DNA of 64,000 nt from Salpingoeca rosetta (lineage: Eukaryota > Protista > Choanoflagellata), in the NCBI GenBank assembly GCA_033442325.1, contig JAWQFM010000028.1:811293-875292 (forward strand), in the 5' to 3' direction. The position numbers were made by a program, and so were the translations under genes. Positions 59,902 through 64,000 of this stretch are shown in pieces (within the stretch, counting starts at the first letter, position 1; each line of letters starts with the position of its first letter). Below the pieces are notes generated by a model, which saw nothing but the letters and a program-made list of their open reading frames with translations, made no database searches and was not told the DNA's origin.

Positions 59902-60342
59902 GCTAACACAAGAGACCGTTCATTTTCCATTCCCACCTTCCCTTACTCTCGCCTGTTGCCTCACCGCGTTCCTGCTTGGTCTGACCGCGTGCGTTATCCC
60001 TTGCTCATGTGTGCCATCATGTGCTCACGTGCTATTCCGTTACACCATCGACACCTCCGCCTCCCAATAAGCGAAACCGCATTAAACACTCACTCTGCAC
60101 ATGGTCACATGATACGTGTGTCCGCTTTCCGTTATTTAGTGAAGCTGATGGGAGTGGGATGGCCAGCTATGGACACACTAAGCCGCTGTGCGTGCAGTGG
60201 GGGTGGAGGATGGGCGGCAAACGCACTCACAATGAGGGCAAGTCGTAACAGAGGCGAGGGGAGGGAAGGCAAGCAAGGAGGTGGAAGTTGAAGCAACATG
60301 CACAAGAGTACAGGGATGGATAAACAGCAATGCAACGACGCA

Positions 60343-61379
60343 TCAGCTGCCAGATGCCAATAGCGAGTCGACAAAGCGGACGTATTTCCTGCAGTGATGA
60401 TTGATGAATGGAGGATAATGTAATGTTGAGCACAAGACACGTTGGTATAACAACAAACAGCAGCTGTACACATGCATGACGCCGGTGCGCGTGCACACAC
60501 GCACACGTACGAGCACACTCCCACACACGCACGCACACACACACACACACACTTACGCGGACGTGATGGGAGCGTCCTGTTTGAAGAAAGGGCTGCATGC
60601 CATCCGTACATATTCGCTGTGCAGCTGTTGGAAAATCTGCTCACCACAGCAAGCGAACATGGAGTGAGACTGTGTGAGTGAGTGAGTGAGAGAGAGAGAG
60701 ATGGCGTGTCTATGTGGGGTGTTATGTGTTCTGCCTTTGTTCCTTTCTGCTCGAAGCAGGAGCAAGCGCGCTCACAAAGCAACACACTCACGCTTTGTAC
60801 GTCTTGATCCGAGTGCGCCTGGCTCTGTGTGATGATGAAGAACTTGATCTTGGTGTTGACGAGGTATCCGTAGCATTTGCCGTCCTCCAGCGGATACAGT
60901 GCTCCCAAGTAGAACTTGAGAGCGTCGGGTGTCGACTTTTTCGCACTCAAGAGCGCTGCAAGGCAAGCGAGCAAAGGTTGTGGTGGATGGAAGAAAGAAA
61001 CAGCAAACCCTGAATGAGCAATAAAACAAGGAGGAAGAGCATGCGATGCAGTCACAGTTCGCTGTCTCCCAACTGCAACGTGAACACATGCAAACACAAA
61101 CACATGCAAACACAAACACACACACACACACAAAAAAAAAAAAAAAGAGCAAGCACAAACACATGCAAGCACACACACAAATGAGCAAACACACACACAC
61201 ACACAAAAATGAGCAAGCACAAACACACACACACAGCTCCCCGCACCGTGGTCGTCCACGACATCCAGTGCAGCGTAGATGATGTGTTCGATGGGCTCGC
61301 AGGGTGGCTGTGCCTCTGATGTGCGCAGCAACAGCGGCTCATTCTGCCGCCCAACAATGGCAACACCCGAGATCTTCAT
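60343..61379 (-). CDS. TRAPPC2L: Trafficking protein particle complex subunit 2-like (sedlin-like), 4 exons
   Basis: VAIVGRQNEPLLL..IIYAALDVVD..YLGALYPLEDGKCYGYLVNTKIKF..IFQQLHSEYVRMACSPFF. Confidence 0.9.
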
Positions 61380-61600
61380 CGTGGGTCAACAACAACAGCC
61401 AACAGACCACAGCAGACCACACACGAACAACCTGCCGCAACCGACCGCTGTCTCCGACAGGATAAATTGCCTAAACACACACGCATTCCTGTTGCGGTGT
61501 GTGCAACGACGACTACGAAGGACTTTTTTTGTGCGTGCTCTCCCAACACCCATGACCATCATCCCCAACAAACACCGCCAAACACCACACCAATAGCAAG

Positions 61601-62466
61601 ATGTCGTCGGCTGCGACGTTGACGTTTGATGCAGCCATCTCAAGAATAGGCACGGGATGGTTCCACTACAAGTTGGTGGCTCTATGCGGCTGGGCAAACG
61701 CCTCCGACGCCATCGAGATGCTCGGCGTGAGTTGACTTTGAGTGGCCTTGTGTGACGAGACATGCTGTCATCCATCACGCGGCGCTGCTGCTGCTCCCGC
61801 GCTCGTCCTGTTCAGCAGGTGTGCTGTGTTGCGTTGATACACGGCCTTGCTTCCTCACACAGCCTGTGGGTGCTCGCTTCTCAAATTGACAGATTTCCTT
61901 CATCATCACAACCTTGGCCGAGTGCGACCTTGACCTGACAGAGGCTCGCAAGGTACCACCAGCAGCAACAACAACAGCAATATGGTCGTCTTTGCTTCTC
62001 TGCCTCCTTTGCTGTCGAACACTCGCGCACGCGAAGCATGTCGCTCATTCACACAAGCTTTCTCACACCCCATTCACCCATACGCAGGGCATGGTGACGG
62101 CTGGCCTGTTTATTGGCATGATGCTTGGGGGATGGCTGTGGGGCTCTTTGGCCGACAAGCTTGGCCGGTGCGTGGGCTGGTGTGGGCTTGAAAATGGAGA
62201 GACCTTGTTACGCATGTACTTCTACTTCTATGTGTATGCTGTATGCCATGGAATGACACGCGCGTCTCTTGAAACGAACATTCGCTCATCCCGTACTTCA
62301 CATGTTGGCGCCTTGTGCGTGTCGCAGAAAATACACGCTGATCCTGGCGCTGCTGTTCAACTCGTTGTTCGGCTTCTCATCATCCCTGGCCACCAGCTAC
62401 CACTCCTTTCTCTTCTTCCGCATCATGAGCGGCCTCGGGTAATCCACAATGTGCAAGAAGCGTGGG

Positions 62467-62499
<33 letters not shown>

Positions 62500-63405
62500 G
62501 CTGGTATTGTTGTTGTTGTTGCTGGTATTGTTGTTGTTGTTGCTGGTATTGTTGTTGTTTGTTGCTGGTGGTGTGTTCTTTGCATTGCCCCCTGCTCCTC
62601 GTTCAGCATTGATGCTCCCAGCTGCTGCGACGGCAACCACAACATAACGACTGCCATCACCATCACCATCACCATCACCATCACCATCACCATCACCACC
62701 GCGACGACGACGACGATGCATCAGGGTTGGCGGGTCCATCCCAATTGTGTTCACATACACAACGGAGTTTCTGCCGACAAAGCAGCGCGGTCTGTATCTG
62801 AGCATCGTGGCTGCGTTTTGGATGGTGGGCACCATCTTGGTTGCCGGCATGGCCTGGGGCATCATCGGCGCGCACGTGCGTATTAGGAGATGAGCAGGGA
62901 CAGGAGAGAGTGTGTGTGTGTCTGTGTGTCTCTGTGTCTCTGTGGCTGTGTGGCTGTGTGGCTGTGTGTGTGTGTGTGTGTGTGTGAACTCCTATGCTCC
63001 TGCCTGTCTTGTCTGCCTGTCACTCTACTTTATACCATGCTGCTCACTTCCCCCTCCCTCATCACCCCGTCGCTCACCCCGAGCACAGGAGTGCAGCCAC
63101 GCCAACATGCCCAGCAGCATCCTCCTCCGCTGCGAAGAGTGGGACAACTCCGGCTGCGGCTACTTTGCCACCTCAACAGGCGGTACGGCGGCATGTCGAT
63201 GTACTTGTGTGTGTGTGTGTGTGTGTCTGTCTGTGTGTGTGTGTGTGGACGTGTGTGTGTGTGTGTGTGTGTCTGTGTCTGTGTGTGCCTGTCTGTCTGC
63301 TTGCGGTGTGGATGCTGGGATGATGATAAGAGTGGCATTCCCATTCTAAGACCCATAACCACGCACTCATACACACACACACTCACTCACTCACTCACTC
63401 ACTCA

Positions 63406-63445
<40 letters not shown>

Positions 63446-64000
63446 CACACACACCTCCACCAGGCCGGCTGCCTGCGTGGCGGCTGTTTGTCGGGCTGTG
63501 TTCGCTGCCGTCGCTGCTGGCTGCCGTCTCCATCGCCTTTCTCCCCGAGAGCCCGAAATGGCTCGCGACCGTCGGCCGTATCCGCCAGGCCGAACGCATT
63601 CTCGAACGCATCGCAAAGGTGGGGGGGGGGGGGTGGTGGTGTGTTGTGTTGTTTGCTTATTTGTCCGTTTGTTTGCACTGCGTGTGGTTGTGGTGTGGTG
63701 TGGTGTGCTGTGTTGTTTGCTTATTTGTCCGTTTGTTTGCACTGGTGGTGGTGGTGGTGGTGTGCTGGGTTGTTTGCTTATTCGTCCGTTTGTTTGCGCT
63801 GCGTTGTGCTTGCATGTTTAGTATTGTATTGTCCTCCTGTTGCACCTGTCTCCTCGCCACATCTCTCCATGTTCTCGCTCATCACCCCCCTTTATGTCTG
63901 TCATCGCCATAAGGCCAACTCGTCCTCTCGCCGCGGGTATTCCGCTGTGCACGATGACGATGCAAAGTTCAGTCTCTCGAGCACCGACACACACGAGGCA
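61601..64000 (+). CDS. Synaptic vesicle glycoprotein 2 (SV2)-like MFS transporter, 5' part; continues beyond the window
   Basis: GTGWFHYKLVALCGWANASDAIEM, GMMLGGWLWGSLADKLGRK, FLFFRIMSGLG|VGGSIPIVFTYTTEFLPTKQRG..FWMVG..AWGII, WRLFVGLCSLP..FLPESPKWL. Confidence 0.87.
63645..63805. repeat. Three ~60-bp-period repeats in an SV2-like intron
   Basis: ttgtttgcttatttgtccgtttgtttgcactg core occurs three times, the third slightly diverged. Confidence 0.8.

Overview
Eukaryotic, intron-rich, GC-rich genomic DNA whose introns are filled with (CA/GT)n microsatellites. The style and gene content suggest a choanoflagellate such as Salpingoeca rosetta (inference). There are four 100-N assembly gaps. About 15 protein-coding genes can be reconstructed by hand-splicing. 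In order: CC2D2A (-), the 3' part of a RalGAP-beta-like gene (+), C2CD3 (-), an Rpp21/Rpr2-like zinc protein (+), an intronless unknown protein (-), the selenocysteine elongation factor EEFSEC (+), a MORN-repeat gene fragment (-), PPIL6 (+), an acidic INO80E-like protein (+), a plant-cytosolic-type asparaginyl-tRNA synthetase (-), an ankyrin-ROC-COR-TIR-SAM protein (-), a PDZ-RGS-C1-DH-PH RhoGEF (+), DHODH (-), a Cav-beta subunit homologue (+), TRAPPC2L (-) and an SV2-like MFS transporter (+, runs off the window). The main candidate for an undescribed system is the ROCO gene. Its ankyrin sensor is built from tandem ~400-bp intron-plus-99-bp-exon cassettes that look recombined, and it is joined to a GTPase switch, a TIR domain retaining the catalytic Glu, and a SAM-like domain, consistent with a diversifying immune-type receptor. 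Two apparent nested or interleaved gene arrangements also stand out. All homology calls come from recalled motifs, not database searches.
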